Assembly: GCA_964304625.1 (NCBI GenBank)
Contig: OZ199838.1
Coordinates: 10,299,817-10,363,816 of the forward strand
Direction: 5' to 3'
Source: Kudoa neothunni
Taxonomy: Eukaryota > Animalia > Cnidaria
DNA: 64,000 nt
The notes beneath the pieces are model-generated. The model ran no database searches. It was not told the DNA's origin and worked only from the letters and a program-made list of their open reading frames with translations. Both the position numbers and the translations under genes were made by a program. Each line of letters opens with the position of its first letter. Position 1 is the stretch's first letter. Positions 1 to 13,346 of this stretch are shown here, in pieces.

Positions 1-452
1 CTTAATGGGATTACGAACTACCCGTCACCCATTGTACAGCGAAAATTTGTCTTATACTTTTAACATTGAAAAAATGCTATCAATAATTATGTGTAATGAA
101 AGACCGCAAAATATGTTACTAAGATACGGTAATAATTGAATGTTAAGCGAAAAGATTAACTATACAACAATTGTTGTCGACCTGAGATTACGTGAAAAAT
201 TCAATGTCAGTTTTAAGGTTAAATTTTTAACGCTCAAATTAATTCGTTTTATTATGCAGCCCTGAAAACAGAGAAGCGATTATAAGATGTGTAAGGTTGT
301 GTTTTTTAGGTGTTACTTAACTTACCTTTAAACAAATTTCTACGTCGACTCAAAATATACCCAAAACTTTTCGATATTATTTCATTATATGAGTTGTCTG
401 AATAAACAAACACAGATTTAAAAGTACTGAAATAGTAAATAATCAGAAATGA

Positions 453-2669
453 TTATTGTTTATATTCGTCTTTTTTTGGGTAGGTATTCTCAAAAAATAA
501 TTTTTGATCAAGATCTTGAGCCTGAATATTGAATCCCATATGACCAGTAACATCTTGGTGTTGGCCGAGAAGGTTCTTCAGTGATGGATAAATAGAACCT
601 TCATATTTCCTCATTTGATTTACAGGCGTATTCCAAAGCATTTCTAGAAGTTTTTGATGCTCCTGAGTGATGGGAGCAGTTATGATTTCATGCTGCTGAG
701 ATGGTACAACTTGCTCTGATGGGTACGCAGCGTTGGAGCCTCGAGCTGCAGAATTGCCTTTTTCAGTCATTGCAAAATACTTTTTATCTTTGCATCTTGG
801 ATCTATACAATTATTGCTCGTAAGCCTGTAAACACATTGAGGCATTAATACCTTTAAATAAATATATAGACACGAGGGGCATCTCTTGTGGTAGGGGGAT
901 TTTGAATAAAGCAGTTACCATGCTGATTAGTTTTATAGAGAATGTTGATAAATTGAACAATAAAGAAATAGCCCTTGTAAATTTTTTTGGTGTAGAAAGG
1001 TTTACCTCTGGGTTGTTGCGAAAATAAGGTGAAGGATGCATCGAAATCGTTAAGTCGTCAAAAATTTTTCGTATATCACAGTTATAGTCAATGAATCGCT
1101 GGTATATTTCAACTATATCATCTCTTATACTTAAAACAAGATTTGGGTTTTCCAGGTCGTCATGTTCGTTTGGTGTCAACAACATTATCAAACGCAGAAA
1201 CATCAAATCTATAGTATCAATATTGATTTGGTTCATTTTTTCCACTAAATTTTTATTGACGCATGTGACAAATGATCCCAGCTGATTGGAGGGAGTATTT
1301 AAGGTGACTAACCAATATTCTGGGAATAACAAATACTCTCCAATATTCTGCCAAACAAACGACTATTCACTATCAACAAATAATAAAATATAATTACGAT
1401 ATTATTTCCTAAACAAGACCATATATTTTCGGAACCATGCTTATATGTTCGAAAGGCCAGTCCAAGGATTACACAGTCAGCAATTCGGCTTTGTAAAAGT
1501 ATTTTTTTATCATTGACTGAGATTTTATTTAAGAGAGGAATAAAGCCAACCCATTGTAAAATATCAGAAATATCATTTTCCAGCAGTTGCATTAGAATGT
1601 TTTTATCGTTCACTAAAACATAAACCCTGTGTTTGTTAGAATATGGTATCTTAGTGAAGTAGGCAGCTAAAGAATTATAATCCAAATATTAAAAAATTAG
1701 GCATACTTTCTGGAGTAATCTCTGGATTACAAACAAGTTGGGATATTGCGTACAAATCTTCTGACGTTTGTAATTGAATGTGTTTGTTACAGTTATTGAT
1801 TACTTCTTGTGCTCTTTTTACTGAAATCACGCTTGTATTTTGTGATCCCCATCTTTGGGTTGATGGGGTATTAGCCACCTTAGGCATGTCCATTGACATT
1901 ACGTTTTTGGTTGTTGGTTGGTTTTCGCTCTGCATTGACACATTGTTTCTGCTTACTTCATCAGAAGACCGAGGAAGGGAATTTTTTAAATTGGGTTTTT
2001 TTTCCATAGAAATAGCTATAGCATAAACAGAAAAAATTAGCAGTATATCAACCAATATGTTACACATTTCTATTCGTATATATAAATAGCGGTTTAAATT
2101 AATTATATGCAACAATTTGATCTTTATTTATTGGTGTTATCAAAAAAAGACTTACGGATTTTTTATTAAACTTTGCGGTTAGCATGATTATTTATTGTAA
2201 ACCGTTTTACCCTAAGCATTCATAGTTAAACATAGAGTTAATATTACAACAACCAATTTAATGTAAATATATATTCTTATTTGATGTATCAATTAGAAAA
2301 TAATAACCTTCAACTTTCATTCCTACATCTAGGCATTTTCTAAGTCGACAACTCTTGCAATCGTTTCTATCGTCGAGTGTAATTACACAGGTATCACCAT
2401 ATTCACAATATGGAATGGTACCCTTTCTGACGATCCTTCGGAAAAAAGACTTACAGCCTTGACAAGAAACAACTCCAAAGGTTCTATTACGCGTCAGTTC
2501 GCCACATACAACACATACTACGATTTCTGGGCTGGTATAATTATTTTTTTCTTCATCGCTGGAACAAAAAATATTTATATAAGATAATAAATTGAAATAA
2601 AATAATATAAAAATAATTAGACAACTTGTACTTTGTTGATGTGGTTGTTGGCGTCGAGGGAGAGGACAT
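453..2669 (-). CDS. Divergent nuclear hormone receptor, paralog 1 (6 exons; C4 zinc-finger DBD, LBD, long C-terminal extension)
   Basis: DBD CVVCGE...SCQGCKSFFRR...CEYGDTC...RNDCKSCRLRKCLDVGMKVE|AISM. LBD signature WVGFIPLLNKISVNDKKILL. Exons join in frame through GT-AG introns (e.g. 803-851, 49 nt; others 50 and 40 nt). Start inferred at ATG 2669 (MSSPSTPTTTSTN|DEEK). Confidence 0.9.
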
Positions 2670-4844
2670 CGCACTTGGTAACGTGACGAAAAAATATTTA
2701 TTGGAACGATCAACCAAAAACAAAGTATACAACTTAAATTGCCTCGAATCTAAAAGCTCAAAAAAGTGGATTAAGCACTGTGCAGTATTTCGAATGAAAA
2801 GTGTCGAATGGCTTAAACAAGAAGGAACTTGGGAGATGTCGAAATTTAACTAAAATATTGGCCTTAATCCCCCTCCTAATTTAATAATTGAGAGCATTAT
2901 AATCTACGAAATTATGAGTACAATATTGGGTTTCTATAATAACCATTTCGAATCGTTTTATAAGGGTAAGGGGATAGTAGTACTATATTTTGTCTATATT
3001 ATCATTCTTAATCTATTAAGTATACTAAAAGGTTGCGTTAGTGAGTTACCATGTATACGTCTGTGTACATCAAATATCACGGCTGAGACAATAGCACTAT
3101 CCATGATGTGGAAACGTCTCTTGGATCAAATCTACATGCCAATGATAAAATTTTATTCTTTTATTATTACACATACTAATATATTTTCACTACTTTATTC
3201 ATGAAAATATAAGACATTTTTTTATTATGGAATTGGTGGAAAGAAAATTAGTTGATGCTACCTACAAAATTATCCTCGAATATAACGATATTATGAAGTT
3301 TTGCGTTAATAATTAATTTAAAACAAGTTTTGAAACTTAAAAATTTATAAAAAATGCTATTTAATTCATCCTTTGTAAAGCTGAATAATTAATTGGTCAT
3401 TCGTCTTTTAAATGAACGATACTCATCCTTTCCTAGAGTTCAAATTCTAGCTTAATCGGCTACGTCTGGATTTAAATGCATAAAAATATGTTAGATTAGC
3501 TAAGATTACGTGTTACAATTGACATTATTTCCAACCATCTATTAATAAGAATATCAACGTTTGTTAAATAAAATATATATTCATTTTTTAAATATAGTAT
3601 TTGATCACAACAATAATTTTAAAATTATGTAGAGGCAAGTATTTTAAAATGTATTAATTAAATCATAATCATTTTTTTGGTATCAAAGTGGTAAAATGCG
3701 TTGTATTATGACCGGATAATCTCAAGTCTGTTTTCGCGACAGCCGTGTCTATCCAAAAATTCCTAATTATCAAAGACTTTCAAGTATTCGAAGATGGCAT
3801 AATAAACAAACGTATTGAACTCTCTTATATTGGCCGGTTACGTGGGCCCAACAAAATATCCTCTTTTGTGCGCTTTTTAATTTTTTTCGGTCAAATAATT
3901 ATTCCATTCAAAAAAAAGAAATAAGGTATAATTTTCAAGCCTCCTTAAATCTATGTTTGAGCTTAGTCATAATTCCTTAATCTCATTTACGTGTTGTCGT
4001 TGTCATGTATCAGAAAATCATCCCTTTTTAGTATTACATCGTTTTTCATAATTTTTATGTGTTATATTCGTATATTTTAATCGCAGGATATAAAAAAATT
4101 CTCTACATCACGAATACTGAATGTCTAATGTGGTACGAATGAAATAAATAGCTTCCGGGTAGTTTAATCATGAAATTATTTGCTCTTAAATTTAAATCTC
4201 TGTTAATTTATGTAACCAATAAAGCATGTTATATATAATCATACATAATCCTATTGTATATATTTAACATCTATTAATTATCAATAGAATTTCTGTAGAT
4301 ATTTGAAACTTGGGCGAAATCTCAACTTACCTATTTAATAGCGATTGGATAGCCAAACCTTTTCATTTTTAAGAACACAATAAGCAATCAGTATTATATT
4401 GTTTCTAAATACATCATTTACTTTATATGTATTGATTGAGCAGTAGCATTATGTAAATCAGAGAGCGTTTTGTGAATTTTGAGACAATAAGAATTAAAAT
4501 ACGATAGAGAATAACAGAAATAAAAGTCACTCGATTAGCCAGCGTTACGCAGATTTCTAGGTGACAACTTGCCGATTTAATGGTATTTTTATTCTCGAAT
4601 GTCAACCGAATTAAATGAAAAACAAAAATATTACTGATACTTAACAAATATAAATGTTATTACATATAATACACTGGGATTGACAACTGTCTTATAGTTT
4701 TAATCATAAAGATCAAATATTAAAAATAGTAGGTGTTAGGTCTAATTTGAATAGATTTTCTTTGAATTTATGTCATTTTTGGAAATTGGAGATAGACCGA
4801 AAATTATAAAATAATATTTTAAGATGAAGAGAGAGTTATTGAAT

Positions 4845-7070
4845 TTAATTATCTGTAGGTAGACGTTTGTTAGTTCCAGTATTTGATGCCCGATTGAAAT
4901 TTTGAAGTTGAGCGCTAGCCCCATTATGTCCGGCAACATTTTGGAAGTTATGATGAGTCAACAAACTTGAAAAAATGTCACTCCCATAATCATCAATTTG
5001 ATTGATTCCAATGTTTTGAAGCGCAGATAAAATATGCTGGTATTCCTGATAGTTGGGATTAATAGTGAGATCAGGTTGTTGGGGTTGAAAAGTTTCGGCT
5101 TGTTGGGTTGCAATGTTGGAACCTGGAGGGGTAATATTGTGAAAATTAGCCATATCAAGATATCTCTTTAACTTTGACCTTGAATCTATCCACAATTTGA
5201 GTCAAGTTAAGATATTTTAATACTTGAAAAGTTTTTACCGTTGAAAATATAAGTAAAGGTTGAGGGAAGAACCTGTACCGGTAAAAGTTGATAAAAGTCA
5301 ACCACCTCATCAACGAGCTTTGCTGAGATATTTGTGAGATTGAAGAGCAAAGAGATAGTTTTTGCGAATTTGTTCCCTACAGAATGTGTTTTTTGAGGAT
5401 CGTTAGCAATGTAAGGAGAAGGTTGAAGAGCAACCAGATAATCGTCAATCAACCCACTAATATTACAATTATGCTCCGAAAATTGTTCATAGTGTTTGAA
5501 TAATTCCCCCCTTAGGTTGGAAACGCGAGCTGGGTCGTCTAGATCGCTATCGTTGTTTGGCGTCAACAGAATAATTAAACGTAGGCACATCAAATCAATG
5601 CTACTGAGCTTTAGTTCAGCCATCTTCTCAACTAAGTTCTTGTTGACATGCAAAATAAAAGATCTCAAACGGACAAAAGGAGTATATTGAGTTAAGACTA
5701 CATTATCAGGCAACAGTAAATAGTTTCCAAAATTCTAATAGTCCAGCATTACCTCAGAAATGATCGAAATAAAATAAAAATAATTACAATGACATTTCCT
5801 TCAGATGAATGCAGTCTTCTAGAGCCATGTGCGTAAGTTCTAAAGGCCAGCCCAAGCATTACACAATCTGCTGTTCGATTCTCCAAAAGTACATTTTTAT
5901 CATTTTCTGAAAGTTGATTAAAAATTGGAACAAGGTTGACCCAGCTAATAAATCTTGCGATATGAGTGTCTAATAGATGCATAATATTGATTTCATATGT
6001 CGAGACAAATTTGGTTGGTTTAGTAGGGTCGTTGACCTCAGGGAAATAAGTAGCTAAATTAATTATCGATCTTATTATTCAACAAAATATTCATTTACTT
6101 TCACACAAAAAGCTCTGCGGGTGGAGTGAGGGATATGACTGAGAAATATTGGAAGATTTTTGCTGGGTGAAGTTGTTGATAATGGCTGTAATATTCTCTG
6201 CACTGGCTATGGCATTGTTTTCCACATTGGCAGTTCTCCATTTATCATTGGTGTACATGGTAGGAATTTGGGTACTGCCTACTGGAGATTTACTAGCTTG
6301 CCGGATGGGTCGTTTGCTACAGTCGGAAGCAGAATCATCTCCACTTAATTCTTCTATCGATTTAGGAGATTTGTTGCTTGACCTGGTAGCTTTATCCATA
6401 CACACAGCTAAACAATGGAAATCAGTCTAAATGAACCATCGCATAACCATGATAACAACAGCACTCAAGTTAAGATTAATCTCAACAATAAGTGTTGAGC
6501 TTGGTTCAAACATGTTTGTTAAAATAAATCTCTATGCACCAAAAAACAAAAAAACAAAATAATTGTTTGCTTTGGTTTGGTTTACTAAATTATATGTTGA
6601 TAAATATAATATCCTACTTATGTTTATTATTTGGTCAATTAGGTGAAATAACGAGTTATATCAATATAAAATCGATTTTGTCGATATATTCGAGTAAATT
6701 TAACGTTTTGTTGTTTTGTGGTGTAGGAAATAGACAATACCTTCAATTTTCATCCCAACACTTAAACATTTTTTAAGTCGACAACTTTTACAGTTGTTTC
6801 TTTCATCTTGGGTGATCGAACAGTTGCTGTTGTATCGACAACCAGAGATTGTGCCTTTTCGGACCATCCTTCGGAAAAAACCTTTGCAACCTTGGCAACA
6901 AACAACACCGTAATGTCTCTTCGTTGATGATTCACCACACACAGCGCATTCGCTTCTTCGATTATTATCAGAGTGAACGTTTGTGTTAGAATCGTACCTA
7001 GAAAACATTTTATTTAACTAATAAAACCCATGAAATTCTGTAATCTTAGTAAACAAAAAACATACTGCAT
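4845..7070 (-). CDS. Divergent nuclear hormone receptor, paralog 2 (6 exons; same intron positions as paralog 1)
   Basis: DBD CAVCGE...HYGVVCCQGCKGFFRR...CRYNSNC...RNNCKSCRLKKCLSVGMKIE|AVCMDK. LBD WVNLVPIFNQLSENDKNVLL. In-frame introns of 45, 53 and 53 nt. The first coding exon is inferred as ATGCA|gtatgt at 7070 (less certain). Confidence 0.9.
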
Positions 7071-9156
7071 TATTACAGAAGAACAATTAATATCTTTTGT
7101 GATAATAGGTAAAATGGCACTTTTTCGAATAAATATCCTAGGAGAATATTCTACTTAAGATATATCCTAAATTTTGAAGCTTTAATACTTGATTATGAGA
7201 TTATAGAGCCCCACTAAGCAGTCTACATCTTTTAATATAACCTTGATCAACGATTTATTGGGAATGTTTTAGTTTTATAAAGATTGCTGACACCCAAATA
7301 TTGCATGTATAATTTTTTTTCATAAATATAGTCGTAAAAATTCATTTAAATATTGGTAGAGTTTAATATAAAACTATTTTCCGAGATAATAAAGTAACAT
7401 TTTATTCGATAATATTACACTTAAAATGAATGTTTCGTTTAATGGATCGAACTTGATATTTTACCTAAGATACGGACATTAATAATATGTTTGATATTTA
7501 GATTTGGAATAATAACCTTCGCTATATCAGAAAAGATCAAGGATTTTATTTTGTTATGATGATTCGGGATATTTTAATGAATTAATTTTAAATGCCAACA
7601 ACCTTATATAGGGGAATTAGTCGATTTTGTTAGGTTATTGTTTATTATATTGAAAGATTATCTATAGGTAGGATTTTTTGTTATGAATCTGCAAGATTTT
7701 TTTCAGTTAAGCTTCTGATGCAATAAAAAATTAAGGTGATAAGGAACTTCACTACGTTATGTTTATGATTATGGCAAATCATTAAGAGAGATTAGTTTAT
7801 TGCAAATCTTCCTGTTAAAATAACAGTAACGATCGTTAACGAACACTTAACTAGTTTAAATTAAATACAAAATTTTGTCTACATCAGTAAGAAACAACGA
7901 ATCCTATTCTATAAGATATTATTATTAACTGTCACACTCGTCATTACAATTGACAGATAAGTGTGCTTGACGTTCAATATGATTATTTGTATAACAAATT
8001 ATATTCACTACCTAGCCAAAACTAAGCTCAAGTCTATATCAAATATCACTAGTATTTGGCTCGTGAATAATTCTTCAGATTTAAATATATCAGTATTTAT
8101 AATTCTTTGTTAATGTGATAATATTTTGAACATGACTTAGACATTTATAATGATTTCATTTTTTGCAGCCAATATTCTTCATAACTATATTCTACATTTA
8201 TTTAGGTTAATGTAGATCTTAGAAATTATTTTTTTTTAAAATACCAAGGATAGCTCATCAGTCTATTAAAAAATAGATTTATTTGGATTAATTGTTCAAA
8301 ATTTCGTCACCTCCGAAACGAGTTTCCCATTTGACTCAGTTTACATGTTCACTTACCTCATATTGATAAAATTAAAAGTCATTAGATTTTTCATCACAGC
8401 TAAATATAAAGCCAACATCTGCATAATATACTAAGAAATAAACTTAGCCCATACGTTGAAATTTAGACTTAATGCGTATTGCTAATAGATATTGTTTATG
8501 TAGACAACTTTGTCTATTATTTGGAACAATTTTATTAATTTTTGGGCGCAAAAACTGGGATTCGTCGAAAACTCCCAAAATCAAAACTTTATTAAGGTTA
8601 CTATCTATGAATCTTAAGATTTTCAGTTTGATGCTAAACCATCCTCAAAGTCTTGCTTTGCCCCATGCGAATTATAGATTGACCTCACTTATCTCAATTC
8701 ATCTAACAATTTTTATTTGTTGTAATTTTTATACATGGATATCAATTAATATTCACTAAAGTCTTCCAATTCTTAATCCTTTTAATTTAATACTTGTACT
8801 GCATTTTTTCATCTCTACTAATACCAATCTTCGGTCTTTCATATCAAAAAACAGAGACAAAATACGATGGTTTAATAGTCCAAAACAATTTTTTAAAAAG
8901 ATTATCTTGTTTTGTAGTAATTCGTCTGTTTCTTTATGGCTGAAGTTATATCTCTTACATAACAATAATTATTATAATTGAATTTCTTTATTTAAAAAAT
9001 ATATTTGTGCTATTAGATATCACAAACTCCCGTTATTTTCGTTGACAGACACTTTGCCAAAAGGTGGCAGAAACGAGAAATTTATTCAGTACAAACTTCT
9101 CAGGGTTCAACAAAAACTCTATATTATCTTTTATAATTTATTCCTATTCTGAAAGA

Positions 9157-10757
9157 GAGTGGCTATTCACGTGGAAACAAATAACTCCTCCGTTATAGAT
9201 GATATTTCAAATCTGATTTCATATTTGAATTTATCTATTTTTAATCTAATTTTTTATGTAAAAATTGTTTGAAAATTTTGAGAATAAAAATTCAACACTT
9301 CGTCTACCCTATTTACATTGTTCACTAGTATTATACTCGCATTTTTTAGCATAATATTGTGTAATATAAACATTATAATTGAAATGAAAAGTAAAGTAAA
9401 AACATTTATTAATAAGAAGAAACTGTTCTGTTCGTGCATTCTTGTGTCACCACCATGTCTGAGTCTGAATATGCGCGCAAATCCTATTTGGTAGTGAGGC
9501 GTTCTATTTCATGAGACTGTTTCTAAATTTTAAAGAACTTTGAAAGAACTGAAATCTGTAGGACTAGTTTATATATTACATTAAATTTTAGAAGATAAAT
9601 TTCAGCTTTTTTAAGATATAAAATACCAATTGCATGGAGTAAATCTGAAAAGTGGTGTCATTATTGCTTTCAATGAAGCGCTTTTAAACTGATTTGTTCG
9701 AACTTATACCTTTTATTAAAAAATATTATTGTACTGTTAAAATTTCAAATGTGGTTATTTTGGAGAAATTTTTGGGCGGACAGCTAAACAACCACAGCTA
9801 GTGGATAAGTTGATCAATTCTTCATTGGAGTGAAAATTGATTTTTCTGAGCTATTAAAATTACACATCCCTCGGTATCAGGAAGCAAATGTTTACAACCT
9901 TAAAATGGAATTTTTCAGAGCAATTCAAAATGTTCAAGGACGAATTAACCGTTATTTTAACTCCAACGTTGTTTATTATAATACTTACAACATTTCTTCG
10001 CTGGCTCGCTTTACAAAAGCCAAACAAACGTACCCCAAAAATCATCATTCAAAAATTTTCATTTTATACATTTACCCATTGAGACGATACCAGAGGAATT
10101 AATGCAGAAAATTTAGAATCATCCTGCTTATTACAAATTGATAAATGAGTTTAAATTAACAAGTATAGGTTTACTTTTAAATTTCAACTCATAGGTTCCT
10201 GTATTCACGAATAGGCACCATGAAAACCTTTCTCATACTTCCGCTTAAAGTAAATACATTTGTAGGGATAAAACAACGAAAATTCCCCGAAATTATTGTA
10301 CAATCTTATAGATACATATGAAAGTGGTTTACATCGTTGAAAAATAGTTCGAACCCAATTAATATCCATTAATTAACGACAATTTTGTTAAATTTATATT
10401 AAAAAATGTTTAGATAGAAACGTACATGTTTCGTAAATGATTGAAAATGACTTATTCTAAGTTAAACTGCGTGCGTTGAGACGTATTAAACTAAAGGTTT
10501 CTAACCACCATTAGATATGTTTACGTTTCATTTCAATTATAATGTTTATATTACATAATATTAGACTCAAAAACTTGAGTGTACTGCTAATGAACAGTGT
10601 AAATAGGGCAGACAACGCGTTGAATTTTTATTCATTATATTTCAAATAACTTTTACATAAAAAATTTGATTAAAAATAGCTCAATTCAAATATGAAGTCA
10701 GATTTGAAATATCGCCTATAACGGAGGAGTTATTCGTTTCCATGAGAATAACCACTG
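9157..10757 (-). mobile_element. Decayed Tc1/mariner-superfamily element with about 240-bp terminal inverted repeats (DD41D/rosa-like remnant)
   Basis: 9157-~9395 is the diverged reverse complement of ~10521-10757 and the right end reads CAGTGG. Minus-strand relics resemble FHLNGVVN (FHFKVVN) and SPDLTPCDFFLWGYLK (SDLTPCNWYFYILK, frameshifted). Confidence 0.7.
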
Positions 10758-11504
10758 CCATTCTGAAACAAAATCGAGTTTTTGCATTATTTAAGGAGAA
10801 ATGTAATTCTGTAGAATCGGCCTTATTGTGTGTACAAATCATAGTCCCTCATGTTTTAGAAATCGTTTATTTTGGTTCACATGTCATATTTTGACGAGAA
10901 CAAAATGGAAATGAAAATTGCAATCAAAATAGTCGTGGAAAAATTTTACGATCGAAGACCCTGCCATAATCACGATAAAATTAATCGCACATTTTGCTTG
11001 AGAAGAGGTAGAAACTACTCCTCTTTCCAACCTGAGGTGATAATCCCATCAATGTTTTAAATTATATAATTAAATCGCCATTATGTCCAAATTCATTCCT
11101 GTGAATAATAGTAGCGAATCTCAATTATCGACATTATCACGACAATCTACAGATTATAAACAACTTGAAAACTACATCCTCAATAATCTAACAATATTTA
11201 TATATAAATTTATAACATAACATCTTTTTCCTCTCTCTATAAAAAAAAGAAGATAGATCATTATTAATTAATGGTTTTTGTAGGAGTTTTTGATGTCTGC
11301 AATAATTTGAGACCATCGGTTACTATAAAATTATTTTTATATTTTGTTAAAAAAATAATTCAATAGACGTTTTCTCTAAAATAATTTTCTATTTCACTCA
11401 TCGAGTGAATCCCTGGCGCGACTTACTGCTTATTAGATTGTGGATATCTGGTTGATTTAGACCGGCTAGCTCAATGAACCTTTTAAGCACCGAATCGAGT
11501 AATA

Positions 11505-12996
11505 TAGGGTTTTCCGAGCTTTAACAACACTATGTCAAGCATTAACAACACGGCTCCAGGGTTTGCTGCATTAACTAATAAAAGAAATAATTTGAACTTT
11601 TTTAACAAGTCGAGATTAAAAACAAAATTTTTATACACAACGATAAACGTGATTAAGCTTAAATGAAATAAACTTTACTAAATTAACACAGCACTAGATG
11701 TAACTCAAGATTAATTACAAATTCCGCAGTTTTGATGCGCGTATAAAATAATAATGTCAAATTGGGAGGATATAATATATAATCTTCTTAAAGATGATAA
11801 AATTTATATTTATTCCATAATAATTTCTCTGTTGAGACATCTGGAAACATATCGAAGCATCTTTCGATAGTATCCGGAACAATCATCAGGGGTGATAATT
11901 TTAAACCCATCATCTATCAGGTTTAAAAGATATCAGGTTCATCCCTTGCTGAGCCCCGTATAACATGGTTCTTCCATTTACTGAACACATTTTCGATCGG
12001 GTTCAAAAATGGCGAATATGGAGGCAGGTACATCAATATCAATTGCATAGAGTTCAGCATATCTGTAAGTCCACGATAATGATGAATTCTCGCGTTGTCC
12101 AATATGAAGCATGGATTATCTATTTCGATCGAGTGACAAAAATCTACTAGCTCAATAAGGTATTCCTTAAAATCTTCTCCATTCACTGGTCGCCGGTTAA
12201 CTTTATAAAATACCATATCGTATTTACTCATTGAGGCTATAACGGATATGTTCCTTGTTCTAACGCCTCCAACAGGAACGTAAGCTGATGTACCAGCAAG
12301 GGAATGACCTTTTCTAGTTCGTGTAGATACACTAAACCCAACTTCATCGATAAAAACGAAATTTTTATCTTCAATCTCAAGAATTTTTGAGTTGAAGTTT
12401 TGAGCATACACAAGGCGCTGTTCTAAAGTATTCTCACAATTTCTTCGCTCGGGGACAATTGCAACTATTTTTAACGAATAGTGGAATTGTTTCAAGCATC
12501 TGTTAATAGTGCTTGCACTTACGCTTACTCCACATTCGTCAATTAATTTCAGGCGAAGGGCTTTGAGAGTAATTGTTGCGTCTTCTCCCACCCAATTTCT
12601 AATCAACAACTTTTGTTCATCAGTTAGTTTTGTGGAATAATCGCCACCCCGCTTTAAAGATTCTACCTTTCCGTCAATTAGGTAGGCTTTTACAATTGAA
12701 ACAACGATGCATCGATGTACACCGACGTTTTCTGCAATTATAGAGTTGCCATATTTTTTTTCACATTGGTTAATAATCATTGACCTTGTGACATTTGAGA
12801 TTGTCCGTCTTGTTTTTTTTGGGGCTGTAATTTGAGAATCGTTACTGGTATCTTTTTTATTTCATAAATATTATACAAATCAACTATGTTATACATTATT
12901 ACCACTCATTTGATATTTTCTGAATTATAAATATGAATTCTCTACCTAATTAGATTCCAAATTTAGACACGTGTTGTTAAAGCTCGGAAAACCCTA
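11505..12996 (-). mobile_element. Tc1-like (IS630/Tc1, DD34E) transposon, full length
   Basis: Perfect TIRs TAGGGTTTTCCGAGCTTTAACAACAC (11505-11530 / 12971-12996) flanked by TA on both sides. Confidence 0.92.
11810..12865 (-). pseudogene. Tc1-like DDE transposase with frameshifts near both ends
   Basis: FIDEVGF, ILDNARIH, YLPPYSPFLNPIENVFS; 34 residues between the second D and E. A 2-bp insertion at ~11931 separates DEPD from LLNLIDDG...REIIME* (stop at 11810). A second indel follows the ATG at 12865. Confidence 0.88.
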
Positions 12997-13346
12997 TATG
13001 TAACCTCTCGTCTTGCTTTTCTGCAATAAAATGAGTTATTCTACCAAAAATTCTCATAACGCTACGACAGCCACCGCTCCAACTTCCAAGAATGTTTGTT
13101 GTGCTGTGTGACGTACTTTTATTACCGAATACGTACCAAATGATTTGTACGTTCGCTGCAGCCCTTCCCCCTAAATAGAATTATAATTGCAGATGCATTT
13201 TATAATAGTGGGGGGTATACTCTAACCACGGGTTTCTTTACAGAATGAGGAAACACAGCGAAAGAGAAATGCTCCCATCGGCGTCAAGTTTGAATTTCAC
13301 TTCAAGACATTGACACTCGTATTATCTGTCCGCTATCACTTATTAA

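Noticed and set aside
826-851. A 26-nt intron as a sign of dicyemid-type ultra-short introns
   Set aside because: The 49-nt form keeps frame and matches the paralog; other introns are 39 nt or longer.
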